Below, piece by piece: positions 25,164 to 36,470 of a DNA stretch of 64,000 nt (positions within the stretch are counted from its first letter, which is position 1; every line of letters starts with the position of its first letter). The DNA is from Amphiscolops sp. MND2022 (taxonomy: Eukaryota), in the NCBI GenBank assembly GCA_964187785.1, contig OZ076410.1, positions 83,452,001 through 83,516,000 of the forward strand. The letters are read 5' to 3'. The translations under genes were made by a program, and so were the position numbers. The notes beneath the pieces are model-generated. The model ran no database searches, was not told the origin of the DNA, and saw only the letters and a program-made list of their open reading frames with translations.

Positions 25164-25861
25164 ATTTGTGAGTCCATCTTTTACCTTATGTGAAGAAGTG
25201 TTTTGTGCAATATGACAATGATTGAATAACTTGCTTTTGTTTTTGTAATTTTTGATTTTCAAATTCATTTTTATGTGATTTTGTTTTAAGGATATAGCTA
25301 ACGAACAAGAATGACGGCTACCTTGATCTGGTGTCATATGCACGTTTTTTTTTAGTTCATGTCGAGATAATAAGCTCTGGTAGGTTTTGAAACCGCGTGT
25401 GCTGGGACTAGAATTCTGTTCTTCTCGGGCTACAACGTGCATGAAATTTTTGGTATCAATCTGTGGATTCCCATCGCGCCGAAATTTGTAAGGTATTCAT
25501 CGCGCCGCAAAATAATTATTGAAATAATTTGATTGGCTGAAAATTGAATTAGTTGAATTTGCATACTACACAGCGTCCAATTGATTGGGATAAACTGATC
25601 AGCTCTACGTCCACAATACGTAACGCCCTGGTTGCAGATAAGTCTGAGACTAATTTAATTTTCGGGTGCAATGAATAGTCACCTCAATCTATATGGAAGC
25701 ACAAAGCAATCAATTATCAACAGAAGGGCCGATTTCTACTGTGATACAAATTGACCAATTTTGAAAACGTAAAAAAATGGCTGATTTTAAAGAAACAAAA
25801 TCACTATTTGTTTATTGAATTTAGCGTTTCTAAGAGAAAACAATTGGCTGTATGACTCGGT

Positions 25862-26014
25862 ACTAGTTAGAGGATTCCCTCCTTAGATCAGGCTCAACTT
25901 AAAAGAAACAAAAATAGGCCCTTTTTGGTGTTTCACACCAAAATAAGCCTTTTGATATTTTCAGTTTTACCTAATCCAAGGAATGAATCCTCTAACTACT
26001 CTGCAGTCATCAAA
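25862..26014 (+). repeat. Left TIR of the Maverick-like element
   Basis: Reverse complement of ~34438-34588 with scattered mismatches. Confidence 0.85.
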
Positions 26015-26154
26015 ACAAGCATATTCCAAGGTGAACAGGTTTTCTAATTAAATAAATGTTCATCTCATTCAAAGAATTTGTTAATAAATATGGACTAGAA
26101 AACGCAGCCACAAGAAATGTGAAAATAGAAATTTTTACAAATCCTACAAAATTC

Positions 26155-26390
26155 GTGTGGAATATATATGAGAGATGATACAATCTATAAAAAATCAGGT
26201 ATAGTCAATTTACACACAACTAAAGGAACACATTGGGTTATGTTTTTAACGAGTATTACTTTGTTTCATATGACTGCCCTCCTCCACTCAGTGTAATGAA
26301 TCACATTGATAAAGGTATATAATCAGAATATCAAATTCAGAAAAATTATTGTTATTGCGCAGCATTTTGTTTATAAGTTTTATATCTCGC
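26155..26390 (+). pseudogene. Adenain-like cysteine protease remnant (Maverick PRO)
   Basis: GIYMRD..SGIVNL..KGTHWV...YYF.SY.CPPP...YQIQ....YCAAFCL, with a frameshift and stops. Confidence 0.75.
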
Positions 26391-26999
26391 AACAATAATA
26401 GGTTTTAAAAATGCAGTACTAAATTTATACTACCAAACTTATTCATCATATATGAATATGTCTGTCTGAAAAAAATTATCAGACATATTCATGATTAATA
26501 GATGAAGAAAACTAATACTTATTCAGCTCAATTTAAAATCATCTCGGAACAACACTCAGAAAATATAACTGCAAATCAAAATCATCCAAATGAGTATCAT
26601 GAAAATCAAAATCCAAAAAGAACAAATTAACAAAAGATAGACAAGAATTTATAAACAACATATCCGCTAGTGGATTTACACAATTTCATGTATAATAATT
26701 GGATCTATTAAACTTTGTAACTTGTGATAAAAAGGAATCTCTTGCTGAATATTGCAAAATCTAATAAAGAAAATGTTGAAAAGACTCATTCTCAACCACA
26801 TGAAACACACTCTAAACCACATGAAACACATATCACTGTATATAATATAACTCCCACCAACAACGAACTTCAATTTCTACTAACAGACAAACAAACTAAC
26901 AACCTCAACATTGACCTTGAATTAGTAACAACTGTTTTAGATTTATTCAATGCCTATTTTATTAAATGTATTGATAATGAAAACGAGTAAAACAGACTA

Positions 27000-27624
27000 G
27001 TAGAAAAAATTGATACCCTTTTCGCCAATAGTTATTCTGACATCCGTAGACTTACTAGACTAGATTTTAGTCGACTAGAGAACTTAATTGAGGCTCGTGG
27101 TCAAGAACATGCAAATAGAATAAAATTTCGAATATTTGATATTATTGAACAGACTTATGTTGAAGTAAATCTTCCACCTGGAGTGAATGAATTAGTTGAT
27201 ATTAATGGCGCCATTAAACAAACTGACAATTATATTAATGAACAAATGTTGAAATTAGGAAAAAATTTAAGATAGAAGCAGATACAATATCAATGAAACC
27301 TATTTTAACAACCACAAACCCGAGTAAATTTAATTCAGAATTAAATAAATTTGTTGTACATCTACAATGTATAATAAAGGGACCCATAAATCAGAAAAAC
27401 CAGTTATGATTACATCAATAGACAAAATACATCTGAAGTGTGATTTTGAAGATGGCTCAATTGTTAATGGAGATCGAGAACAAATCTTGTTTAGTTTCAA
27501 TCTTTCTTCCCCACCAGGATATAAAGTCATACACACCCCAACAACTGTTTTATACAAAAAGATAAACAAAACACGACTGGATTTTGTTCAATTTTTCTTA
27601 GAAGTTTCGAACCTGATATTGTAA
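27000..27624 (+). pseudogene. Minor capsid (penton-like) protein remnant
   Basis: ITSIDKIHLKCDF..GSIVNG.REQILFSFNLSSPPGYKVIHTP..VLYKKINK resembles Maverick/adintovirus minor capsid C-termini. Confidence 0.6.
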
Positions 27625-29059
27625 GGTTAGATAATAACCAGCATAATAACCAGTAGTAATACCCAGTAGATTTCAGCAACGAGACACTCATACTAACAAT
27701 TCAAATCATCAAGATTTCATTGCGACGCTTAATTTTTCCTAAATAAATGAGCTTCAATAACTTTAAAAGTAATGCTTATTGTGTTGGCAAACACTACTCC
27801 GCCAAAAAAAACATCAAAGGAGATATTATTCAGAATAAAAAAACTAGCATGCCAGTAAAACAACTACGTGGAATGTGTGTAACTTGTAAATGAAATAAAT
27901 CACTTATAGTATCAGATCAAACTATTGCAGCCGAAGGATTGGGTAATTTTGTTTCTTCGTTAGGAAATGCAGCTAAGAAGGTTGAAAAAGAAAATACTCA
28001 ACAATCCTGATAGAGCATGGAGCTCGCAGCTATTATAGGGACAGCAGCAGCAAGTAAAAATTTTCTAATGATAGCTGCAACTGCTCCTGATATTATACAA
28101 TTTGTTCATCAAGGGAAGGGAGTATATCTGTGTAAAATTCATTAAATCATTATTTTGAATATGTCTATGAATTATAATTTAGGTTTTTTCATATTAATAA
28201 ATGTATTCAATTGATAATCGTGATGATTTTAAAAAACTAAAAAATTTTGCAAGAAACAAGATCTTTAATCCACAAACAAATTCTAAAAGAGAAACTTGGG
28301 AAGCAAGACTTTCATTACGATATGGAAGACGTTTTTGAACCCGTTACTGAAAACCAGAAACAAAATCAAAATCAAACGAAGATAGAAGCTGAAAAGCAAA
28401 TAAAAGCACTACGCCATTTTACTCAAGGCACAACACAAGCGATACAAGATCAAACTAAAGCAGTAAATCAAAGTGGTAACGCTTGAATAAAAATTTACAA
28501 AAATCTATTGAAGAAGGAATACAAGAACATGATGAAATTACAAATTGCAATAATCAACTACTCACTTAGCCCCGTTGATTCTAATCAAGTTGATTCTAGC
28601 ATCATAAAAACAGTTTCTAACTTGCTCAAAGACAAAAACAAAACTCAATTCAGTTTAAAACTTTATGAAATTAATCCAAATGTATTCACAATTAATCCTA
28701 CTGATCCTCGAAAAGTACTATTCAAAGGTACTTAACTAACCCACCTGAGTAGTGGTAACACAAACGATTTAAATGATCCGGATCTTTCATTTTTTGTAAC
28801 TAATACAAAACTAGACAAAGAAATACAAAATATAAACTAAAATTTGAATTTCTTGAACGACCTTGTATACGATAAAAATTATGGAGAAAAAAATCAAAAA
28901 GATAATATTTCATTAAAGATTTGATCAATCAATATATATCAACAGTCAACAAATCAACACCAAAACATTGTCCCAGGTTTTAATTAAAAAGGATCCGTTT
29001 GTGGATTAAAGATTTTATACTCTGGATTAGATTCATTGCTTACCTGGTACTTACATCCG

Positions 29060-29560
29060 ATTTTATCTTCTAACCTGGTTGTTAAGAAAGAGTTATACTT
29101 CTCCCGCCAGGCCTCCCTTCCCTGCACAACTCTTTCCATTCGTCAAAATACATATCAAAACCAGCAATGTCTCTATAATATTGTTCTACATCTTTCAATC
29201 TTTGTTGAAATTAACTTATAACATTGCTATTTTTTCGTATGGTGCGCTAACGCAAATCGAAGTATTTTTGTGATGAATAATAAACATCTAAATCATTATG
29301 TCTTCCTCTGGTAAAAATAGGATCTCTTAATTTATGGTTGGTATCCAGCATATCATCAAATGCAACACATGCACTTCTATATGATTTCACACCCAGTACA
29401 TCTCCTACTGAAACATCTTCAGTTTCGATACCGTTATGATGTTCCGGACTCCTCGTAATGATATAGATACATCTGGTAGTATCACACATGCTAGGTAATT
29501 TTATAGCAAACATAACTTTCCACAAAAAAAGAAGGACCTACTACTTATGTCCTATTTAAC
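29060..29560 (-). pseudogene. A32-like packaging ATPase remnant
   Basis: CVAFDDML (Walker B-like) and FTRGRHNDLDVYYSSQKYFDL motif typical of Maverick ATPases. Confidence 0.75.
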
Positions 29561-30000
29561 TCATTTTCATCATCATTTGCATGATACTCATTCGGGTGAC
29601 ATATTTTATTTTCTGCAATAACAGTATGAATATTTTTTATATGTTTTGATATGTATGCTCAGTTGACTTCCCGATCACAGTGTTCACTTTTTGTTTGTTT
29701 ATTAAAACATTCCTTGCTTTTCTTATGGAATGTTTTTTTATATTGATAAAAATCTAACTCGAGTAAATTGCACTCCTCGCACCTCTTTTTATTCTCAAAA
29801 TCAGCACAAACTGGTTGATAAGTACTATTTGCGCAAGTTAGACACTTCATTTATTTAGTAAAATTCCTTATAAGTGCACTACGAAATTCAATAAGAGCGT
29901 GTTTGCTTAGGTACAAAACCCGACACCTAGTGCCTAATTAAATTGTATAAAGAGATCTTGGTGAAAAAAAATCACTAGGAAATCAAACCCAATATTTTTG

Positions 30001-30558
30001 CTACTCAACCCTTATTCCTTGTGAAAAAATATTGTTTTTAAATTCTTCCTTGAAATTGTCCGGTAGCAGTGGCTGTTGCATGCCTTCAACATAGTTATCT
30101 ATTTTGGATTCATTAACTTTGATGTTATTTTGTTCACAATACTCCACGTAGTAGTATACTACATTTCGTGGGGTTATTTCAATGGTTTGATCAGACATCT
30201 CTTCTGAAAAGAATTTCAACCTATTATATCCATCTCCTGTAAAGAAATAGGATTCATAACACACGCAGTCTTCAGGACTCTCCTTCACTTTTATTTTTAG
30301 TTGCTTATAAGCACCTACATCATCTAATTTTATTGTTTTAAAAGCAAGTGACTCGATGTCAAATTTTTCTAATTGTAGTAAATCGACAGCTTTGTTCTCT
30401 GTCTTTCTGTCTCTGTCAAATACAAGATACTCAGAATTGGTTTGATTAAAATTATGTTTCCAAAAACTAGTCTTCCCACTTTCGAGAGTACAATAAACTA
30501 ACAAGTGATCAATTGTATGACTTATCGCAGGACTCAAAGATTCTTCTTGATTAGTCAA
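30001..30558 (-). CDS. Hypothetical 185-aa protein within the Maverick-like element
   Basis: Uninterrupted ATG-initiated ORF in an otherwise decayed element; no recognisable motif. Confidence 0.45.
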   Translation of the reverse strand: MTNQEESLSPAISHTIDHLLVYCTLESGKTSFWKHNFNQTNSEYLVFDRDRKTENKAVDLLQLEKFDIESLAFKTIKLDDVGAYKQLKIKVKESPEDCVCYESYFFTGDGYNRLKFFSEEMSDQTIEITPRNVVYYYVEYCEQNNIKVNESKIDNYVEGMQQPLLPDNFKEEFKNNIFSQGIRVE

Positions 30559-31237
30559 ATGAGAATATTCTAATCCACTAAATGGTTTTAAAGGTGAATA
30601 TAATTTCTTATAAAGCCAAGGGCAAATATTTGACCAATATATTCAAAATATAATACAAAACATAAAACAAATTGCGCCAACATAAGAAAAATACTTAGAG
30701 AAAACATTTTCTCGCTTTGGAACTAATACATAATTTGAATAATCATTTGTTATTTATTATTTTAAAAAATAGATAAATTCCATTTCTTCATCGTTATTAA
30801 AGTCTGATTTCGTTTATAAACAAATATGAACCAGGAATTTTGTTCCGTTTGTCATTCTCTTTGTCAATACAAATCCAAATCTGATCATCCAAAGTCAGTA
30901 AAACATCTCGAGAAATTGAATCAATGTTTTTTGTAAAATATGTAATTCATTATTGCTATTATCAGATAAAACTAGCTATCCAAGTTCGATTGAACATATA
31001 CATCCGAACCATGCATCAGAAATAAAGAAAGTTCTAATTATGACAGGTCTAGTAATTGCTACAACAAGATACGTAAAGTAAAAATTGACACCGAATGAAG
31101 AAATAGCAAGTAAAACAAATCAGATATTATCACAAAAAGTATTCCCTTTATTCAAATGTTAAGTATGTTATTTAGCTAAGTCTGTTAAACACATCAACGA
31201 TATCGAGGATGTATTCAGTAGATAGATAAAGTCTAAT

Positions 31238-33370
31238 ATGATGTATAACTACGACTCTAATGATTTTCACCAGCAGATGTTAGAGTGTGTAGATGATGAG
31301 CAGCTAGAAGGATCAAGTTTTTTGTTTCAAAACATCACAGATGTCATAATTGACTTCCATAGAACACGAGACTTCTCTGCAAGTAGTTATATCGAACTGC
31401 CAAAGAAATACAAAAACTCTAAACAATACTTAACACACAAAATGATGATGTCTTTTGTTTTATGTGATGCACCCTAGCTCACAAGTATCCAGTAACACAA
31501 AACAAAACACGTCCAACAGGTTATTTTAGTAAAACATCTTCGTTGAAAATGCAAAACTTCCTATGCGCATCAAGGATAGTCCTAAATTCGAACGATTAAA
31601 CAATATGAACATAAATGTCTTTGAACTCACTGGATCAGTTTTGTCACCAATCCATATTAATACTAATTATACTAAAACATGAAAAGACTGAATATTTCAT
31701 TATAAATGTTATTCTTTGATAACGAAACTGCACATGTTACTTTAAAAAGACCCCCATATGGAACATGTAACCGTAGATGTATCACTGCATTCAGTTCAGA
31801 ACAAGTTTTTCTGGTCATCTAGAAAGATGTTTGAAAGAAAAACAAACTAATTTTGGTTTTATTTGGAAGGACGAGAATTTATTCGGAGACCACCACATGA
31901 AAATATCACTCTCATTCAGAGTATATGCAGATTTCGAATGTATCAATCAACCTGTTGCTCATCATGCACCTAATCCCAGTATATTATTAAAGCAAATTCC
32001 GATTGAATTGGGTTATTATATAGTTTCACCATTTGGAAAAGAATATAAGTCTAGTTCCTGAGTAGGTTGTGTAAATTGGTTTGTTGATCAATTGTTACAA
32101 CTACAATATTATTCTTGTATTTTAAACCAAGTATAGAAATACAATTTTCCCCTGAAGAAGAAAAACAATTCAAGCAAAGTAGTGAGTGTGTGAAAAACCA
32201 GTACAAGACACATGTAGAGATCATGATCATCTTACTGACAAGTGCCGAGGAGCAACATGTTATAAATGTAATTTGAAATGTTCCCGAGATAAGTTAAACT
32301 ACGTTCCAGTATTTTTCAACAACTTTAGTGGACATGACTGTCATTTGATATTTGAATCCTTTTTAACAAAAGCACATGCACTGGGATTAAACATTCAAAT
32401 AATTCCAAGAAGTATGGAAAACTAAATTTCAGTACAAGTGGGTTGTTTACGGTTTTCAGATTGGTACAGATTCTAAGTTCAAGTCTATATAAATCAGGTA
32501 AGAATCACAATGAATTTACAGTACTGGATTCGTTTGGATTCAGTGATGAAGTGCTGAAACGAAAACTAGCCTATCCATTTGAATACTTCAATTTACAAAA
32601 CCTGTCCAAGAATTACACCTAACCAAAAAATGTTACTGGTCAACCTAACTCATTCATTTGTTAGTGACAAAGTTATAGAACGTATTATTTCAATATTCAA
32701 GAAGTATAAACTGATTGTTGGGCAACAGCTAACTATATTTTACCTGAAGTGTGATGTTTTGTTGTTGGCAGATTTGTTTGAAAACTTTGTAGAAACGTGA
32801 ACTGAAAAATGCACAATCTCCATTTTATACAGCTATTCACTGCCGGGCTATACCTGGAAAGTAGGATTAAAATTACCTAAAATTGCCTTAGATCATGTAA
32901 AAGATAAACACCTGTTTTTCTTGCTAGAAAACAACATACGTGGCGGAAATTGTACTTTTTTAGGTGACAAGTACAGAGAATCGAGTGTTGGCACACAATT
33001 CCTTTACATAGATACTAACATTCTTTATGAATGGGCCATGAGCCAGTATTTACAAACATGCGAAATTGAACAAATTACCGTAGATGATATAAAAAGCGTA
33101 TTACAAACCCCTGATAAGAAGGATTATGGGTTTTTTATAGATTGTGATTTGGAATACCCAGCTGAAACCAAGCAAGATACGGAAAACCTGCCATTATGTC
33201 CCTACCAAACACAAGCCTGTAATGATTGTTTCAGTGAGAATATGAATTCTGTAGCTACAAATTATAAGCCAACCACCAAACTAACATGTGACCTAACAGA
33301 CAAAATGAGGCATATGACACATTATTTGATTTTGGAGTTTTATCCCAAACAAGGAATGAAATGCTCGTGA
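31238..33370 (+). pseudogene. Protein-primed family B DNA polymerase, fragmented and C-terminally truncated
   Basis: RVYADFECI, endonuclease-VII-like DHDHLT.KCRGATC.KCNLK, VFFNNFSGHDCHL, YLKCDVLLLADLFENF, ENNIRGG, YIDTNILYEWAMSQYL, FIDCDLEYP, LPLCP; motifs B and C (K..N..YG, DTDS) not found. Confidence 0.85.
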
Positions 33371-33762
33371 ATATTTGATTCAATGATGGTAAACATTGAA
33401 CGGATGAACTTTAATGATGTTGAAACTCTCTGAAAATCTGGACAAGCTTCAGCCAAGTAGAGGAAACGCATCATGAAACAACCATACGACTTTGAGTAGC
33501 CCACCTCCTCCAAAGTTTTCGAATACTTTCTCTTGAACTTCGTTTTTGCTATTCGCAGCAACAATGCAATGGTCAATATACTCTGCAACGATTTTTGTGC
33601 ATTAACCCTTGCTTTGATCTGCCAATTGTTTTTTGCGTTCATCAATTCCGCTTGTGTATTATATTGTGCGACGAATCTTTCATGCAAACCTGATTCCACA
33701 ATAGAGTCTAATAAAATCTTGAAAACTTGATCGACTTTTTGTTGCTTTTTTTGTGATTGCAT
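33340..33762 (-). CDS. Hypothetical 140-aa protein abutting the truncated polB
   Basis: Open ATG-initiated ORF inside the TIRs; no recognisable family. Confidence 0.4.
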   Translation of the reverse strand: MQSQKKQQKVDQVFKILLDSIVESGLHERFVAQYNTQAELMNAKNNWQIKARVNAQKSLQSILTIALLLRIAKTKFKRKYSKTLEEVGYSKSYGCFMMRFLYLAEACPDFQRVSTSLKFIRSMFTIIESNIHEHFIPCLG

Positions 33763-34437
33763 CTTCTTCCAGTTTCTGTTCTCTAGCTAGTTGTTCTTGT
33801 TCCAATTCTTCTTGATTTACACTGAACTATGTTGGAAACTCTTTCTTGAACTCGAAATTTTGATCTCGAGCTTGAAATTTTTATTTTTTTGTATTTTGGA
33901 CAACAGACCAGCCAAAAGGATGTCAAACGTTTCCACGAATCTTTGAGAGCCATCCATTTTGATTTTTTTCCATGTAAGACGGTAAAAAAAGAAGGTAAAA
34001 TCTCGAGTATTCATTGGGACTTGGTCAAATTTCCACGAAAAGGTGTAACCGGGTACAACTTTTATCGATGTGGAGGCTATCTCAAACAAATGAAAATGGT
34101 TACACATTCTAACGCAAAAATGAAAAGTGAAATATATGGTGCACAGTCAAATGAGAAGATGAATTGAGTGCTGCTTACAGTGCACCGTTAATTCCATAAA
34201 CTGCGTCAAAAATATAAAGAAATCAATAAACCCACAAAACCAAAATTTCATGATTTTCTTTGTTCTTCTGATCTAGGATTAATTGTACGCCCACGAATAC
34301 ACCAGAGGGAATAATCATGTTGTTGGAATACACCAGAGTGAACAATCGTGTTGTTGGAAAATTGGTTACATACAAGCACTGAAAAAGAAAAATTAGTGTC
34401 TGGTTTTTTTCACAAGTTATGTGTTTTTGATACCTAA

Positions 34438-34588
34438 TTTGATGACTGCAGAGTATTTAGAGGATTCATTTCTTGGATTAGATAAAATTAAAAATATCAA
34501 TAGGCTTATTTTGGTGTGAGACACCAAAAAGGGCCTTTTTGGTGTTTTTAAGTTGAGCCTGATCTAAGGAGGGAATCCTCTAACTACT
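34438..34588 (-). repeat. Right TIR of the Maverick-like element
   Basis: Ends ...GAATCCTCTAACTACT (AGTAGTTAGAGGATTC on the minus strand). Confidence 0.85.
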
Positions 34589-35396
34589 TCGCCGGCTTTC
34601 GTCAAAACCCGCCGCTAGTCAAGTATCGCTCTGCATCTGATGTAGTTTCAATACAGGTATGTCATATATAACCTGGAGTCAAATGTTTTTGAGAAGGAGA
34701 TAATCGACGCACGACTGTTTTTAACGAAACTGTATGGTGAAAAACTCAACTCGGCTGCAGCCTAATATGGGTTGTTTGTTAACAGTTTCTTAGGTGTCGG
34801 AAAACGTTTTCGACTACTTATACAATCGTACATTTTCAAAGTTCTCCAAAACTGTCCGTACGAGTTTGTATAAAACTTAGCAGTCATTCTACACACAAAG
34901 GTGCTCCTGCGTGCGCAATGGCATCAAAATAGTACGACTGGGATCCGAGAAACATAGCCAAATTTAGCCCAAAAAAGACCAATCGACAAAAAGTAGATAA
35001 TTTGTTCAAAATTTAATCCGTTTTCGACTCCTTTACCACACATGCGGCTCTGGTTATTATTGGAAAAAACTCTGTACTTTGCCTAAACACGTGTGTCCTG
35101 TACATGCCAGTGATATGACAACTACTTGAGAACTTTTTTTGGATAACACCCAACGCTTAAGTTATAGATAAAATGAAAACTTTGCCAAAACGCCACAGTT
35201 TGAAAGATCGACTTTTTAAATTGAAAAATAATTGAAAAAAAATAAAGCATGAAAAAAATGCATAAAAAATGAGGCATTCACTGTTTTGAAATACTGCATG
35301 TCACACTGTCCCAAGGAAAGTTGAGGGGATGTTTTTTGAGTTCGATTGATTGAAACTAATAATGCCGAAGAATGAGAGGTTCTCATGAAGTTGATT

Positions 35397-36333
35397 TTAC
35401 TTCAAGTCACACAAAGGGTGAAACGGTTGATTTCCGATCGCATCGTGTAGATATTGCATCTCTTTGGTTTGAAAGTGAACGTAAAGCACGATGTATTGCT
35501 GCAAACCTAATGATGGTTCACCTCGGAACCAGTGAATTATATCACTTGCAACTACATCGCCGTTTGTTGTAATAAATTCAGTACTCTTATCAGTTTCTCT
35601 ATACACCCCCAACCACATCGAGTATGAACCAAATTTGCTGACAAAAAATTGCAGTTGTTCAGACGTTCCGTTTAAATCGGAAAATAATTTGCCGCCTGAT
35701 TTCACAGATGTCTTTGGCATCGAACCATCCCATCGTATCTGGTATAAATTTGAGCCAGTATAACGTCCGATGTGTCTCGTTTGAGCCCTTTAGTCCACCG
35801 TGCGCAGAATCAATGATGATTTGTCTGGCCTCCACTGCTTTGTACTCTTCTTGCGAATCAATCTCCACTTCAGATTGCCAAGAGCTCCAATGACGATCAA
35901 CTCTTTTCTTGTTTACTCTACAGTAACCAATGTTTTCATCGTCTTGGACATCTTTTTCTGTACCAGCTTCATTGCAAAAAGGTTGATAGTTTTGTGTCAT
36001 TCCATAGTAGAGACAACTCGGAGACTCTTGAATCAAAGAAAGATTTGTTCCGATTGAAAAAACATCTTCTGAACTTAGACCACAAACGTTTGGAAAGCAG
36101 AAATTGAACGACCGACACAGTGAAGTTTCAGCGCATCTCAAAGCACATTGACTTGGAGATATGGCTTTGCATTTATCAATGTTGCTTCCAGTCAACTGCA
36201 GGCCCTCCTTGAAATCTTCCCACGCCATGCTTCTTCTGGCTGCAACAGAAGTTCTCAATCCTTCGGTAGGTGACAAAAAGTGAGACATAAATGTGACCAT
36301 AAACAAAAACACACTTCGAAAGTGCATAACCAC
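35397..36333 (-). pseudogene. Secreted PAN/apple + C-type lectin domain protein, intronless, one frameshift at ~35700
   Basis: Signal-peptide-like N-terminus; PAN motif QCALRCAETSLCRSFNFC..VCGL; CTL start MGWFDAKDICE continuing in another frame as SGGKLF..MWLG...WFRGEP...LHD......PLC. Confidence 0.75.
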
Positions 36334-36470
36334 TGGTAAAGGTATCAGAATCTCAAACTGGGCAAAATTTAAAAAATGGAAATTTCGTGTCGGGACTAAA
36401 GACGAGGAAAGTGAAATTTATTTTGTTGGATGTGCAAAGTGCATGAACAATTTCGTCAGAAATACTATAT

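Larger units (their letters stand above)
25862..34588. mobile_element. Degraded Maverick/Polinton (adintovirus-like) element, 8.7 kb
   Basis: ~153-bp TIRs with an AGTAGT-type terminus (perfect at the right end, ACTAGT at the left); remnants of adenain-like protease, minor capsid, packaging ATPase and protein-primed PolB; AT-rich, intronless, tightly packed. Confidence 0.85.

Noticed and set aside
24802-26014. Functional link between FEN1 and the adjacent Maverick (captured replication gene)
   Set aside because: FEN1 is a normal intron-containing host gene outside the TIRs; adjacency appears incidental.
25850-34600. 6-bp TSD for the Maverick-like element
   Set aside because: Flanks CTCGGT and TCGCCG do not match.
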